DNA of 64,000 bases from Eledone cirrhosa (Eukaryota). This document shows positions 11,654-30,009 of this stretch, in pieces. The notes under the pieces were generated by a model that was not told where the DNA came from, ran no database searches, and saw nothing but the letters and a program-made list of their open reading frames with translations. The translations under genes and the position numbers were made by a program. The stretch covers positions 101,432,001-101,496,000 of the forward strand of contig OZ024742.1 in the NCBI GenBank assembly GCA_964016885.1, read 5' to 3'. Each line of letters begins with the position of its first letter. The stretch's first letter is position 1.

Positions 11654-11659
<6 letters not shown>

Positions 11660-12133
11660 GCCACCGGAAATAACAGCTGTGAAATATACAGCGCCATCTA
11701 CCTGTTAGCTAGCTACTCAACGTGAAACAAAAGAACCCTTAGAACCTACCAGAATAAACGCCTACACATCGACTAAACAACAAAGGATTGTTCCTGTATA
11801 AATAGAGTGGTTCCTAACACTTTCGCCAGTCGACATTTGGCAGAGTCAACTCGCGCATCGTTGTTCCTTTACTCTGCCACGCTTTGTCACTCACACACGC
11901 ATTGCCTTGTACCCCGTATCGTCGATTTATGTGAAAATAAATAGCTGATCGAATTTACATCTCGCCTTGCTTCCTCCTTTCAACTTGTGCTTTCGTCTGT
12001 CCATCCTCAACAGTTCTTTTAAGGGCTATATGCGACAACAGTCCTTTTAAGGGCTATCTTCATATCTGATCAGACCGTATGCGATAAGAGTCCTTCTAAG
12101 GGCTATTCTCGGATCTGATCAGAAGTCGCTACA
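11654..12133 (+). mobile_element. Solo LTR in (TA)n
   Basis: TGTA...TACA termini; TATAAAT at ~11797; AATAAA at ~11936; short internal direct repeats. Confidence 0.6.
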
Positions 12134-12201
12134 TATATATATATATATATATATATAAATAACAGGAGGCTGGACTGGTGTAAATCCTTGAAAGGTTTAT
12201 T

Positions 12202-12259
12202 ATACTATGATCATTTCAATGACCGGGTTCCATATGAATCCGGTGATATCATCAGGTAT
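12202..12259 (-). ncRNA. Type I hammerhead motif, intact core, in PLE-like mini-element 12158-12478
   Basis: ATAC-CTGATGA-..ACCGGATTC atat GGAACCCGGT..-GAAA-TGATCA-TA-GTAT-AATAAA; palindromic stem III; 28-bp inverted repeat 12158-12185/12299-12326. Confidence 0.75.
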
Positions 12260-12475
12260 TCGAAATATAACAAAGGAATATGTAAAAACCATGGGTCCAT
12301 TTACACCAGTCCAACCTCCTGTTATTTTTATTTATAATTAACTCCGTATTCGCACGACCAACTACACAAACGAAGACGGGTGAACTGCACTACGTTGAGT
12401 ACTCTCTACAATATTACACCAAGATTGACCATACGGAATGACCAATTCTATCCGGTGGTTAACCAACAAACCTAA

Positions 12476-12551
<76 letters not shown>

Positions 12552-12557
<6 letters not shown>

Positions 12558-14868
12558 ATTATTATTATTCTTTGAGTCTCAGTCATTGATGTTATTTAAC
12601 TGGAAAGTTTGCTGAAATGAATATCAAGCCGCTACCTGCAGCCTCAGATATTCAGGTCGTATCGGAGGGTTCTTGCTGTTCCCAGCAAGCATGCCTTTTG
12701 AAGTGTTCCAAAAAGCGGGGCTGAACTAACTTTCTTTAACCATCCTTGGAAACTCTTTGAGGTAGTACCTAGTGCGCCTATGACAATCGGGACGACTCTG
12801 ACTTCATGGCAGTTCCAAATCCTTTTTACCTCCCACTGGTATCGCTTAATTTTCTCCCTCTCCTTTTCTTGCACTCTCGTGTCGAATGGGCAGGCTATAT
12901 CCACAATCAGGCACGATCTTTTTTCCTTCTCCAAAAACACCATGTCAGGCCTATTGTGTTCCAGTTTCTTATCCGTTTGTATCCTAAAATCCCATAGCAC
13001 CTTCACCTGATCGTTTTCTATCACCGACTCTGGCTTATGCTCATACCACTTCTCAGAATGTGGTAAATTGTTAACTTTGCATAGGTACCAGTGGATCACC
13101 CTGCCCATCACATAATGTCTGCAGCCTTTATAGTGAGTCTGGGCTAGGTGTTTACACTCGGATACAATGTGAGCCACAGTCTCCTCTCTCTCTCTCTCTC
13201 TCTACAGATCCTACACAGTGGGCTAGCCTCCTCCTTTTAAATATGGTGTTTCACCCACTTCGTTTTGAGTGCCTGCTCTTGCGCAGCCATTAGCATTCCT
13301 TCTGTAGCCTTTTTAAGGTCTCCTCTTTTTAACCAGTTCCATGTCTGTGGATCTCTAAATTCAGTTTTCTCAAAGAAGGTACTATGAAGGGATTTTTTAT
13401 GAAGGTTGCTCTTCCTCCTTGTTGTTATTTCCTCCTTGGACATCCCCTGGTCTATTGTTCTCTCCTTCAGTACAATTCTGAGCATTGGCTCCCTACTGTC
13501 GGTCACGTATTTGTACAGGTTGTTTTTCTCCATCTGAACACAGTCCTCTATGCTGATAAGACCTCTTCCACCTTCAGATCTCTTTAAGTAGAGTCTATCG
13601 ACATCCCTCCTCTTGTGGAACATGTTGTAGATAGTCAATAGCTTCCTAGTCTTCCTATCCATTTCTTTTTGTTCAGCAACATTCTATTTCAGAATTCCCG
13701 CACTGTACCTAATAATAGACACATCTTGGGAATTCACTGCAATTATGACATTCCTACTATTTAGACGTGGTTTTTATACGCTCCTTACTCTCCTAATGTA
13801 CTCAAATCTTATCAATTCCTTCATTTTTTTGTTCTTGATGTCATCTGCCTCCAGAACACTTAAATATTTGTATCCTTCTTCAGTGTCAATTTCCTTTATC
13901 ATCTCACCTGTTGGTACCTGTATTCCGTTGCTTCTGCTCAATTTACCCCTCTTCACCACTAGGACTCCACACTTATTAATACCAAATTGCATACATATAT
14001 CACTGCTGAAAATACGGACAGTGTCAACAAGTACATCTAACTTCTTCTCACTCTTCCCAAAGAGTTTAAGATCGTCCATGAAGAGGAGGTGGTTGATGGT
14101 AAGCTCTCCTTTTCCCAACTTGTATCCTGCTCTCACTTTTCGCAGTATAATGGTCAGGGGTATCAGGGCAAGGACAAACAACAGAGGGGACAGACTATCT
14201 CCCTGGAAGATACCTCTCTTGATCTTCACGTCTCCCAAGGATTCTCCACCCGATGTTAATTCTGTTTCCCAGGACTTCATACTTGTGCTCAACAACTGTC
14301 TGATGTTATCTGCCACCTTGAAGATCTCTAGGCTTTTGGTGATCCAAGAATGAGGTACCATGTCGAATGCCTTTTTGTAGTCTATCCATCCCATGGAAAG
14401 ACCAGTGTGTCACCTATTGCAAATCCTCATTACCATCTTATCAATAAGTAGCTGGTCTTTTGTACCACGGGACTTCGTTCGGCATCCTTTCTGTTCGTCC
14501 GGTTGTTTGTGTGGAGGTGATGGTAGATTTCCTCAGACACAATGCTTGTTAACAATTTCCATATTACGGATAGACATGTGATAGGTCTATAGTTGGTAAC
14601 ATCATTACCCTTGATTCGGTTTTTCATTACCAGGACTGTGGTACCTTTTGTCAACCACTCTGGTACCTCACCCGACATCAAGAAGTCATTGAACATGGTT
14701 GTTAGTTTCGGGTGGAGGGATATTATATTTTTAATCCAATACCCCTGCACACCATCTGGGCCTGGTGATTTCCAGTTGGTTAGTTTTCTGGCCTGCCCTT
14801 TAAGAGTTTCAACTGTGATACTTAAATCAGTTTGTTGGTGTGCTTGTTCACTAATCTCCTTTTGTACT
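12552..14868 (-). mobile_element. R4/Dong-clade LINE (RT+CCHC+RLE), 5'-truncated, frameshifted older copy
   Basis: KSPGPDG, DYKKAFD, GIFQGDSLSP, FMDD, RPDMV..DIACP in several ORF pieces; (TAA)n tail. Confidence 0.93.
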
Positions 14869-15843
14869 GTCTCGCTGCAGTCCTGGGTCAAGCGAAGACC
14901 GAGAGGGACCGCTTGGAGACTGGAATGTCTTCAGGCGCTCACAGCCCTCGACCAATTGGGCAATGTGATCGGTGGAAACTCCACCTTGGCGTTCTATAGA
15001 GGATTAGTGGGGGGGGGGGAAGAGCGACGACGTACTTGGGGAAACTCTAGGCGTCGACGAAAATAAACTAGCCAATCTCTTCGGAAGAACTTTCGGGCCG
15101 GGGCCTATGGACAACTTCCAGAAATCCCTGGCCTGGCAGTGCTACCAAGGAGCTTTGCCAGTTCGGGATAAACTCTACAGGCATGGAGGTGCCGTCAGCC
15201 GGGCATGTCCGAGATGCGCGCAGGGCGACGAAACCGTCCTGCACGCACTCGTCTAGTGTCCGAGCATTGCTGACTTGTGGGTTTATGTTGAACACCTGCT
15301 GTCGCGTGTAGGACAGATCCAACTATTAGCCGGGAAGGGCAGACAGTTTTTATCTGCCTGGTGGCCATGGCGAAAGAGATAGTATGGTGGACACGTTTGA
15401 AAGGGCTGAAGACGAGCACTTACCTCTTCGGTGATGCCCTGATTAACTTTTTCAAATTTCATTTGAAAAGGAAAAATCAGGGTAGATAGGGAAGTGCTCT
15501 CTTCCCAGCATTTTGTTGAAAGATGGGTGAGAGAGGCAAGAATGGCCTGAGTAAATGGGCCTACTCTGAGTATGTGTCTGTAAATTAAAGGTGGAAAACT
15601 GGGAGAGGGCACTTGCCCTGGTGGTCAGGGTCACTGTGGCCTTTTAATGGGCTTTCTCCACGAATGTCCCTCGGAAGTCTCCCCCGTATTGGGGAATTTT
15701 TCATTGTTATTTTTTTGTTACATCCTCTGTTTTTGTTTTTTACACGTAGAAATGTCCATTTGTACCGTCCTGTATTGTCCTGTACTGTCCTTAATGTCTA
15801 CGTTAAGTAAACCCTTGTGGTTAATAAAGTTAATAAAGAAAGC
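14869..15843 (+). mobile_element. Tx1-clade LINE 3' fragment
   Basis: Homologous to 36830-37810 (LQSWVKRRPR, MDNFQKSLAWQCY, CPRC..ETV.HA); AATAAA at the 3' end. Confidence 0.85.
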
Positions 15844-16656
15844 ATTATTATTATTATTATTATTATTATTGTTATTGTTATTCCTTGAATCTCAGTCATT
15901 GATGTTGGTTAACTGGAAAGTCCGTTGGATTGAATATCAAGCCACTACCTGCAGCCTCAGATATTCAGGACGTATCGGAGGGTTCTTGCCGTTCCAAGCA
16001 AGCATGCCTTTTGAAGCGTTCCAAAAAGCGTGAAGGGGCCGATTTTCTTTAACCATCCCTGGAAACCTTTGGAGATAGTCCCCAGTGCGCCTATGACAAT
16101 CGGGATCACTTTGACTTCATGGCAGTTCCAAATCCTTTTCACCTCCCACTTTAGGTCCTGGTATCGGTTAATTTTCTCCCTCTCCTTCTCTTGCACTCTC
16201 GTGTCGAACGGGCAGGCCACATCCACAATCAGGCACGATCTTTTTTCTTTGTCCACAACCACCAGGTCAGGTCTATTGTGTTCCAGTTTTTTGTCCGTCT
16301 GTATCCTAAAATCCCACAGCACCTTCACCTGACTGTTCTCCATCACCGCCTCTGGCCTATGCTCATACCATTTCTCAGAATGTGGTAGATTGTTTACTTT
16401 GCACAGGTGCCAGTGGATCACCCTGCCCATCACATCGTGTCTCCAGCCCTTATAGTGGGTCTGGGCTAGGTGTTTACACTCGGACACAATGTGAGCCACA
16501 GTCTCCTCTCTCTCTCCACAGATCCTGCACAGTGGGCTAGCCTCCTCCTTGTAGATATGGTGCTTCAACCACTTCGTTTTGAGGGCCTGCTCCTGCGCAG
16601 CCATTAGCATTCCTTCTGTAGCCTTTTTGAGGTCTCCTCTTCTCAACCAGTTCCAT

Positions 16657-16690
<34 letters not shown>
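15844..16690 (-). mobile_element. R4/Dong LINE, young 5'-truncated copy in (TAA)n
   Basis: CRIC..HIVSEC, RHD and RPDLVVVD motifs; nearly identical to 44230-45020; (TAA)n on both flanks. Confidence 0.95.
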
Positions 16691-16696
<6 letters not shown>

Positions 16697-16700
16697 CACA

Positions 16701-17120
16701 GGCGGTGGATTGGCAGCATTGGTCGAGTGTCGGATGCCATGCTTTGGCGCATAGAGTTACGGCCCTTGCCATTCTGAGTTCAAATCCCGCCGAGGTTAAC
16801 TTTGCCTTTCATCCTTACGGGGTCGATAAAATAAAGTACCAGTAATACACTGGTTAATTGCTGGCCTTGTTCCTAACGTAGAAACAATTATTATTATTAT
16901 TATTATTATTATTATTGTTGTTGTTGTTGTTGGATGGATAGGCAGTATCGGTAGAGGGTCGGACGCCATGCTTTGCAGCATAGAGTCACGTCTCTTTATG
17001 GTCTGAGTTCAAATCCTGCCGAGGTTAACTTTGCCTTTCATCCTTACGAGGTCGATAAAATAAAGTACCAGTCATGCACTGGAATAATTGCTGGCCTTGT
17101 GCCAAAAGTAGAAACAATTA
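16701..17120 (+). mobile_element. Two tandem family-B SINEs (16701-16890, ~16931-17120)
   Basis: GGCGGTGGATTGGCAG head, GAGTTCAAATCC B box, GCCTTTCATCCTTACGGGGTCGATAAAATAAAGTACCAG core, ATTATT tail. Confidence 0.85.
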
Positions 17121-17290
17121 TTGTTGTCATTGTTGTTGTTGTTAGTAGTTGTAGTAGTACAGATTAAAGTTTAAGCAAAAAACAAATATTTGCTCTACGG
17201 TTTTATATATACTTTTTTATTATATATTTATATATACAATCCTTATCGAGCCCTCTTCGGATTTTGGATTTGGGTCTTCGTTATTATTAT

Positions 17291-21252
<3,962 letters not shown>

Positions 21253-23230
21253 CTAGAAGTTTAGCCCGGCGTTGCTCGGGTTTGTTCATTTGCTATGAAA
21301 AGTTACAAACAGGTAAACGTAGCTTGAAAGCGCATAAGGTTATCAATTAAGTGCATAAAGCAGTTGAACCGGTTATTAATAGTTACGAACCAATTAGCCT
21401 TTTGGACAATCAATGATGGGTTAATAATCTTCCAATAGCGAATTTAGTAGACTAAAGTTGCAACATGGTGGCCCTGATGCCGCTGGGTGTCAGATCTGTC
21501 CGCTATGGGTGACCCTACCAGTTTTCCAGACGACATAGCTCCAACACCTCCAACACCTGCACCAACATCTATAGCACCTCTTTGTAGACGATATTGCGTG
21601 TCATCCCTTGAGGAGTGTAAGCAAAAAGTCCATTCCTGCTCCCTACGCGGGAACAGGCAACATAAAGTTGGCCATGGGAGAAGCATGGCTCTCCCAAATG
21701 GATGCCCTCCACCGACAATGTTTTCCCTTGTGACTTGTTAATGGACATGGCAAAACATGGTCTCACCGGAAATTGGGATCGCCGGAAATCGAACGGGATA
21801 TCTGACGCCGAGAGGAAAGGTTTATCCTTGGAATGAAAACATTCTCCCCTCTCCCACACCCCGTTACAATGGTGGCCTCAATTAAGTGGGGCGTCAGTGA
21901 CTTGACGACCATGCGAGTACCGTTGCACTGCTTTGGTGGACGCAAGTTCCTTATTAGCATAATGGGACAGTGACCCTAAGCTTAAGAATGTGAGGTGGGA
22001 GCACTGGGGGCTCAAGGTAATTTAATAACTCAACCGGATAATTAACGATATCGTCGGGGTCTGACGTCCGGTCGATAGATTTGAAGATGTGTTCTTTACT
22101 GGAATTTTCTCAATCAGCTGCTCGTTAATAAAATTAACCATGGTATTTTTCGGAGCAAGGATGGCTCTTTCGCTGAGCCAATCGAGGTTTTTAAAGTTAG
22201 ATGAGACATTAGGAAAAACTGCTTCCCAAAGGTCAGAAGGGCTGCTCACAATGTTGCACAGGGAGTCGATTTCTATGCCACCCTTGTCACTCGCAGGGAT
22301 CTTGCCCTCACCAAGCGACAGAGAGAGTAAAGCAGTTAAATTATAGAGAGGGGGAATATACGGGACGCTCCATTTGATCATATACATTGTTTCTCTCTCT
22401 GCAGTGTTGTCATATAGGGAGTGAAGAGCGACAGAGAGAGTATAGCAGTTAAATTATAGAGAGGGGGAATATACGGAATGTTCCATTTGATCATATACAT
22501 TGTTTCTCTCTATGTAGTGTTGTCATATAGGGAGTGAAGATCGACAGAGCGAGTATGTCGTTATGACTGTTTGTTGTTGTATAAAATGATGTGTTGCTTA
22601 GTTATCAAAGTTTTTTTCGCGTTCCCGAACGAATAGGGGGAATGATCTATTATATATAGAGAGAAGAGCGACGGATAGAGTGAAGCTAGTGTTAAACCTC
22701 GAAGCACGAAGAGAGTAAAGCAGTTAAATTATAGAGAGGGGAAATAATCTATTGTAGAGAGAGGGAAGAGCGACGGAGAGAGTAAAGCTATGGTTGTTGT
22801 GTTGCTTAGGTTTCAAAGTTTGTGTCGCGTTCCTTCAAAAGAAGTTTTGTCGTTGTTCTAAATTGTGATAGAGTAGTAGACGGAGGCAGTAACCTTTTAA
22901 AGAGAGTTGCAGAGGAGATTGAGAGTGGAGTAGAGGAAAGGATGAACTTTTTAAAGAGAGTTGCAACATGTATGTAGTTTCATATATTTTTTATGGTAGT
23001 AGTGAGAGGAATGAAGCGTGTAAGAGAGAGGGTTACAGCATGTATTTAGTTTTATCGATTTTTTTTCATAGAAGCAGGAAATGTTTGGCAAAAATAATTA
23101 CGCGTTGACCTGCCCTGGTAAATTTGGAGCACATTGGAAAAAAAATCATCAAAATCGGTAGAGAAATATGGAAATGCATAAAAATCATACACACACACAC
23201 AGACAGACATCTACCGTTATATATTTATAT
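21253..23230 (-). mobile_element. Second Helitron copy, internally deleted, head-to-tail with the first
   Basis: Same 3' end CTAG..GCCCGGCGTTGCTCGGG and same 5' end; helicase C-terminus only. Confidence 0.92.
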
Positions 23231-23366
23231 AGGACTGCTCTATTTTACCATCCTGTCCAGCCAGCGGATTACCCACGGAGCTCGGATATTTGGATTTTTA
23301 TTTAATTGCTCTTATATATATATATATGGTCTGGTCTTGTAGCTTGTTTGAAACATTGTGGAATAC

Positions 23367-24040
23367 GAGATACAAATACGACTAAAAAATAAGTTTGGTT
23401 ATTTGGAAGCCCGACAATGCGTGTTTGGTATAAAAAATGCCAAGGTAACAAGAAAGTAGAAGAATAAAAAGAACACAGTGAAGTGAAGTAAAAGAGTGAG
23501 GACAATAGAAAGTTACCTCATCAATGTTTAATGATTCCAAATTACATCGTGTGCTGCGTTTATTCCATGTTTGTAGATAACATGCAGCGTGCTACAAGTA
23601 TTTAGATGGCTCTTCAATCACCATTTCATTTCATCACAAACTTATGTTACATCATAAATTGTTTTCGCCTCATTTTATAGAAAAATGGATTTTAATGAGC
23701 GAATTATTTATTAACAACGTTGATAGACAGATACATAAAAACCTAATAATATAATTCATTGAACAATAATAATAAAGGAAAGAAAAAAAAGAGGAGGGGA
23801 TCAATTCACCATCAAGTGCCACTATCGGCTGCACCTCCCAAATAGTTTCGGATTTTCCATCCATTTTCAAGAAGAGTCTGAGAAATGTCGTGAGTGGCTG
23901 TTCGATTTTCGAACTTCACTTCTTTTACTTCACTGTGTTCTATTTATTCTTCAACTTTCTTACCTTTGCATCTTTACCAAAGACGCATTGTCAGGCTTCC
24001 AAATAACCAAATTTATTTCTTAGTCGTATTTGTACCTCTC
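23367..24040. mobile_element. Long-TIR (foldback-type) MITE
   Basis: ~23367-23500 is an imperfect reverse complement of ~23914-24040. Confidence 0.6.
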
Positions 24041-24303
24041 ATATATATGTGTATATATGTGTGTGTGTGTATGTGCATGAGTTAGTGTATCTGTAACTCA
24101 ACAAGTGATAAAAATATATATAACCTGGATACCCATAAAACTGGCCAATATCTAAGTTTTAAATCGGTTGCAGTAGAACAGAGCCAGTGACCAACTCGTA
24201 AACAGTGTGATGAACATTTTGACAAGAAATGATGCGTAAATGTAAATTGAAGTAAACAGTTGTTCATGTTTTTGAGTGGTTAATGTGACTCTTCTATGAC
24301 GAA

Positions 24304-24494
24304 CCGTATATACTCGAATATAAGTCGAGGAATAGGTAACCAAAAAAATCAATGGGAGAAGTGGAGCAGGCTTATATTCGAGGTCAATATTTTGACTATT
24401 TTCACCAACTTTAAATTTTACGCAAATAGTTTAGATTTTTGCCCATTTCTCAGTCACAAAATAGTGGGGTTGGCTTATATTCGAGTATATACGG
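24304..24494. mobile_element. Tc1/pogo-type MITE
   Basis: TIR CCGTATATACTCGAATATAAG at both ends, TA on the right; a 63-bp relative lies at 50555-50617. Confidence 0.75.
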
Positions 24495-24512
24495 TAATTG
24501 CTGTATATATAT

Positions 24513-26728
<2,216 letters not shown>

Positions 26729-27016
26729 TGGTGAAATTGGGAACAGCACGGAAAATATATTTAGGGATCTGTTTTTCTTTGTTTTCCTTCTTTGATTCGT
26801 CAAAGTGATATTGAAAAAAATGAGAGGGACGATTTAAAAAAAAAAAAATGACTTTTTATAATGTATATAAAATATATAAAATATAACCGGTTTTGATGTA
26901 TCAGTGAAATCCATCTTATAAAATGTTGAGTATTACAATTAAAAAGAATTAAAAAGAATTAAAAATTAAAAATTAAACATTTAAAATTAAGTGTTGAGGC
27001 AAGTTTGGCAATATAT

Positions 27017-27300
27017 ATCTCTATATATATAAAATTCTTTTTCTGTCTGTCTGTTCCTGTGCATTCTGAAACGTCTGGACCAAATCAAATCAAATTTTAC
27101 AATGTAATAGTATTAGACCCCTGGAGTGTCAACATGTAATTTTTATTTTCATTCGGATTAAAAAAATATATTTTATCTGAAATAACCTTTCTATAGTGAA
27201 CTATAGGCAGATCTCACACAATGCAGCCTCGACAGAAGAATATTGCTCGACTATGGCAGACAATAGATATACCCAGGACACCATAGTGAAATACCAATAT
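27017..27300 (+). mobile_element. Helitron-like 5' end fragment
   Basis: TCTATATATATAAAA..(TCTG)n..GGACCAAATCAAATCAAATTT core like the other Helitron 5' ends. Confidence 0.45.
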
Positions 27301-27358
27301 ATGGAACATTACATTCATGTAACATTCTTTCTTTATTTTAATTTATATTCTTTTTGAA

Positions 27359-27477
27359 GTTCCGATGAGCTGCTCTAATTTTACCTAAGTTAATTATCTT
27401 CAACTGAACCTGATCAATAATGATCTATAATCATTTGATCCAGAAACATTATATGGAGTAGCGATACAATTGTAAAC
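27359..27477 (+). ncRNA. Degenerate type I hammerhead motif
   Basis: GTT-CCGATGA-GCTGCTC..(80 nt)..GAGTAGC-GATA-CAATTG-TA-AAC; two core substitutions. Confidence 0.5.
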
Positions 27478-27603
27478 GGACATTATTAATATTATTATTA
27501 TTATTATTATTCTCTACATTCCTTACATTAAACTAAAACTATGTTGACAATCTTTTAATAATGTCTTCCTTGTGAAATTTGTGGTCTTGTTTTGCTTAAC
27601 TAG

Positions 27604-27708
<105 letters not shown>

Positions 27709-27782
27709 AAAATGGCGTGCTGCGTTGTTGCGGATGTGATCCATATGAATTAAAATATAGAGTAAGAAACCAGGACTATCCG

Positions 27783-27852
27783 TCATCAGTGATCTTCTGG
27801 CCATCATAGGTATTTCTTCGCATTAAAGATCATATACCTCAGGCCAGCGCGA
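27783..27852 (-). ncRNA. Candidate rearranged hammerhead ribozyme, copy B (in family R element 27704-27875)
   Basis: UCGCG CUGGCC UG AGGUA UA UGAUCUU UAA UGCGA A GAAA UACCU AUGAU GGCCAG AAGAUCA CUGAUGA. Confidence 0.75.
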
Positions 27853-28114
27853 GCAATAACTAAATAAAGTTATTATATATATAGATATATATAACTGGCA
27901 GTGAATCTAAAACCCAGCTCTTACAGTCAGTTAAGTTAAAACATCTGCAATTCATGACTTCTAATGGTTCAGAGGGGATTGTAAAAGTTTAAGTACAGCA
28001 ATTTAATGAGATATATGTCTTTAAGGGGGGGGAGGGGGAGCATTATTAACCGTTCGTCAGAAGACTGCCACCCTACTCTTGCCCTAATGTGTCGTCCACC
28101 TCGTGGTCACGGCC

Positions 28115-28780
28115 GACAGGATGAAGAAAACATTGCTCTGGAGGACGGCGAGGATGACTCCACATCGTGGGGCTCGCACTTGCGGGTTGTCAGCTCTGCT
28201 CTGATAGTAATGAGTAGGGATGTGGTCCGGGTGAGCCAATAACGGTGGAAGTCTCCACTGCTATAGGCTCAACCACAAACCCATCAGAGAGCGGTCGATA
28301 CTTTGACAGTTTGCGCTATTCGGCCTGGCGAACGTACGTTACGAATGGACGACAAAATGATTTTTACTTATTTTTGAACAGTTGATGTCAAATTGTCTTA
28401 ACAATTGTTTTAACGGGGTCCCGCATGCTGGCCTCCCCACAGCTCCGGTGGACAGGATGGAGAAGGCGTTTTCCCGGAGGATAGTAAGGGAGATGCGCTG
28501 GAAGAGCCATTCCAATTCGCGAGGCCCACACCTGCGGCTGGCCAGCTCAGCGCCTATGGTGGTGAATAGGGAGGTAGCCCTAGGGCCAAGTACACCAGAA
28601 GTCTCCACTGCCAAGGGCACGACCGTGAATCTGTCGGAGAGCGACCAGTACTTGGAGAATTTGGCCTCCTCAGTCCGACGTGCAGCAGTACCTGGGTTAG
28701 TCGCAGACGGCTCTTCCAGCGCATCTCCTTTACTATCCTCCGGGGAAACGCCTTCTCCATCCTGTCCGCCGGGACCCCAT
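28115..28780 (-). mobile_element. Two tandem CRE-clade 3' fragments plus an inverted duplicate
   Basis: EEAKFSKY..VPLAVETSGVLGP..WLFQRISLTILRENAFSIL (28400-28708); RKLSKY..EPIAVETS (28115-28335). Confidence 0.75.
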
Positions 28781-29215
28781 TTGCTCACTATACGGATTAA
28801 TAGGCAAAGTTATAAACTATTGTTTCTACCGGTTGGAAGTCGGTGTTACAGTTCTATGGCTTTCAGTTTTCACGAGATGTATTAGTATTGTTTTAACAAT
28901 TGTCTTAACTCGGGCCGCAACTCATTGTATCTTACACTCTTACCGGCTACATAGTCTCTTCCGTGTATATACAGCAAAGCTTCTAATTAAAAAACGGTAG
29001 TTGTATCGACTTTACGTTTATCTTAGGTAGATATAACTCTGTGTGTGTGGAATTGACATATAGTAGGAAGCTAGATGGGTCATGTTCGTTCTGGTTTAGT
29101 TTCATGTTTCACTGTTGTATGTTCAAATACTGCTGGAACAGATATTTGTGCATGCGCACACATGCACACACACTTATATGTGTGTGTGTGTGAATAAATA
29201 GATAAATAAATAACT

Positions 29216-29304
<89 letters not shown>

Positions 29305-29354
29305 AGCATATACAGATACTTAAGTTTCGTTGGGTTGTTTATCCTTACTCTTCG

Positions 29355-29625
29355 GTTTTGCACCTGGAAAGTCCTCCAACTCCTGAGGCACAAGCCGGGG
29401 CAAGGTGTGTTTGTGAAAGACCAGCAGTCGACCATGCATGTCAGTCTCCCCACTCCACTCTACCGATGTTGTCCAAGGGAAAGGCAAAGACCGATACAGC
29501 TAACTTACTGAGTAAACTGGAAATGTTTTGCTCAAGAATACAATGAACCACCCGGTCCGAGATTCGATCTCATAACTTTACAATTGTGAGTTCAACGCTC
29601 TAACCACAAAGCCACGCGCCTTCAC
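29355..29625 (-). mobile_element. SINE family A
   Basis: GTGAAGGCGCGTGGCTTTGTGGTTAGAGCG head; homologous to 4388-4737. Confidence 0.8.
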
Positions 29626-29632
29626 ATGTATA

Positions 29633-29947
29633 TCATCATCATCGTTTTACGTCCATTTTTTCCCCACTTGTATGGATTGGACGGTCCTTCTCAGCACAGC
29701 CTCATTCCACTTGCCGCGTTTCCTCGTCATCTCCTTTGTGAGTCTCAGCAATTTGAGGTTAGCTCTCACTACATCTGCCCAAGTCTTTCTTGGTCTACCT
29801 CGACTGCGGCTTCCTTTCCCTGGGATTTTCTGACATATCTTCACCCTGCGCATCTCATGTCCGTACCAACGCAGTTTTCTTTCCTGTACACCACCTCGGA
29901 TTTCTCTTATACCCAGTTTCTCTTTCAGTTTATCCCAGCTCATACAC

Positions 29948-29950
<3 letters not shown>
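29633..29950 (-). mobile_element. RTE-clade LINE 3' end
   Basis: KLRWYGH..GSRSRGRPRKTW; (GAT)n tail. Confidence 0.8.
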
Positions 29951-29995
<45 letters not shown>

Positions 29996-30009
29996 ACACA
30001 CACACAGCA

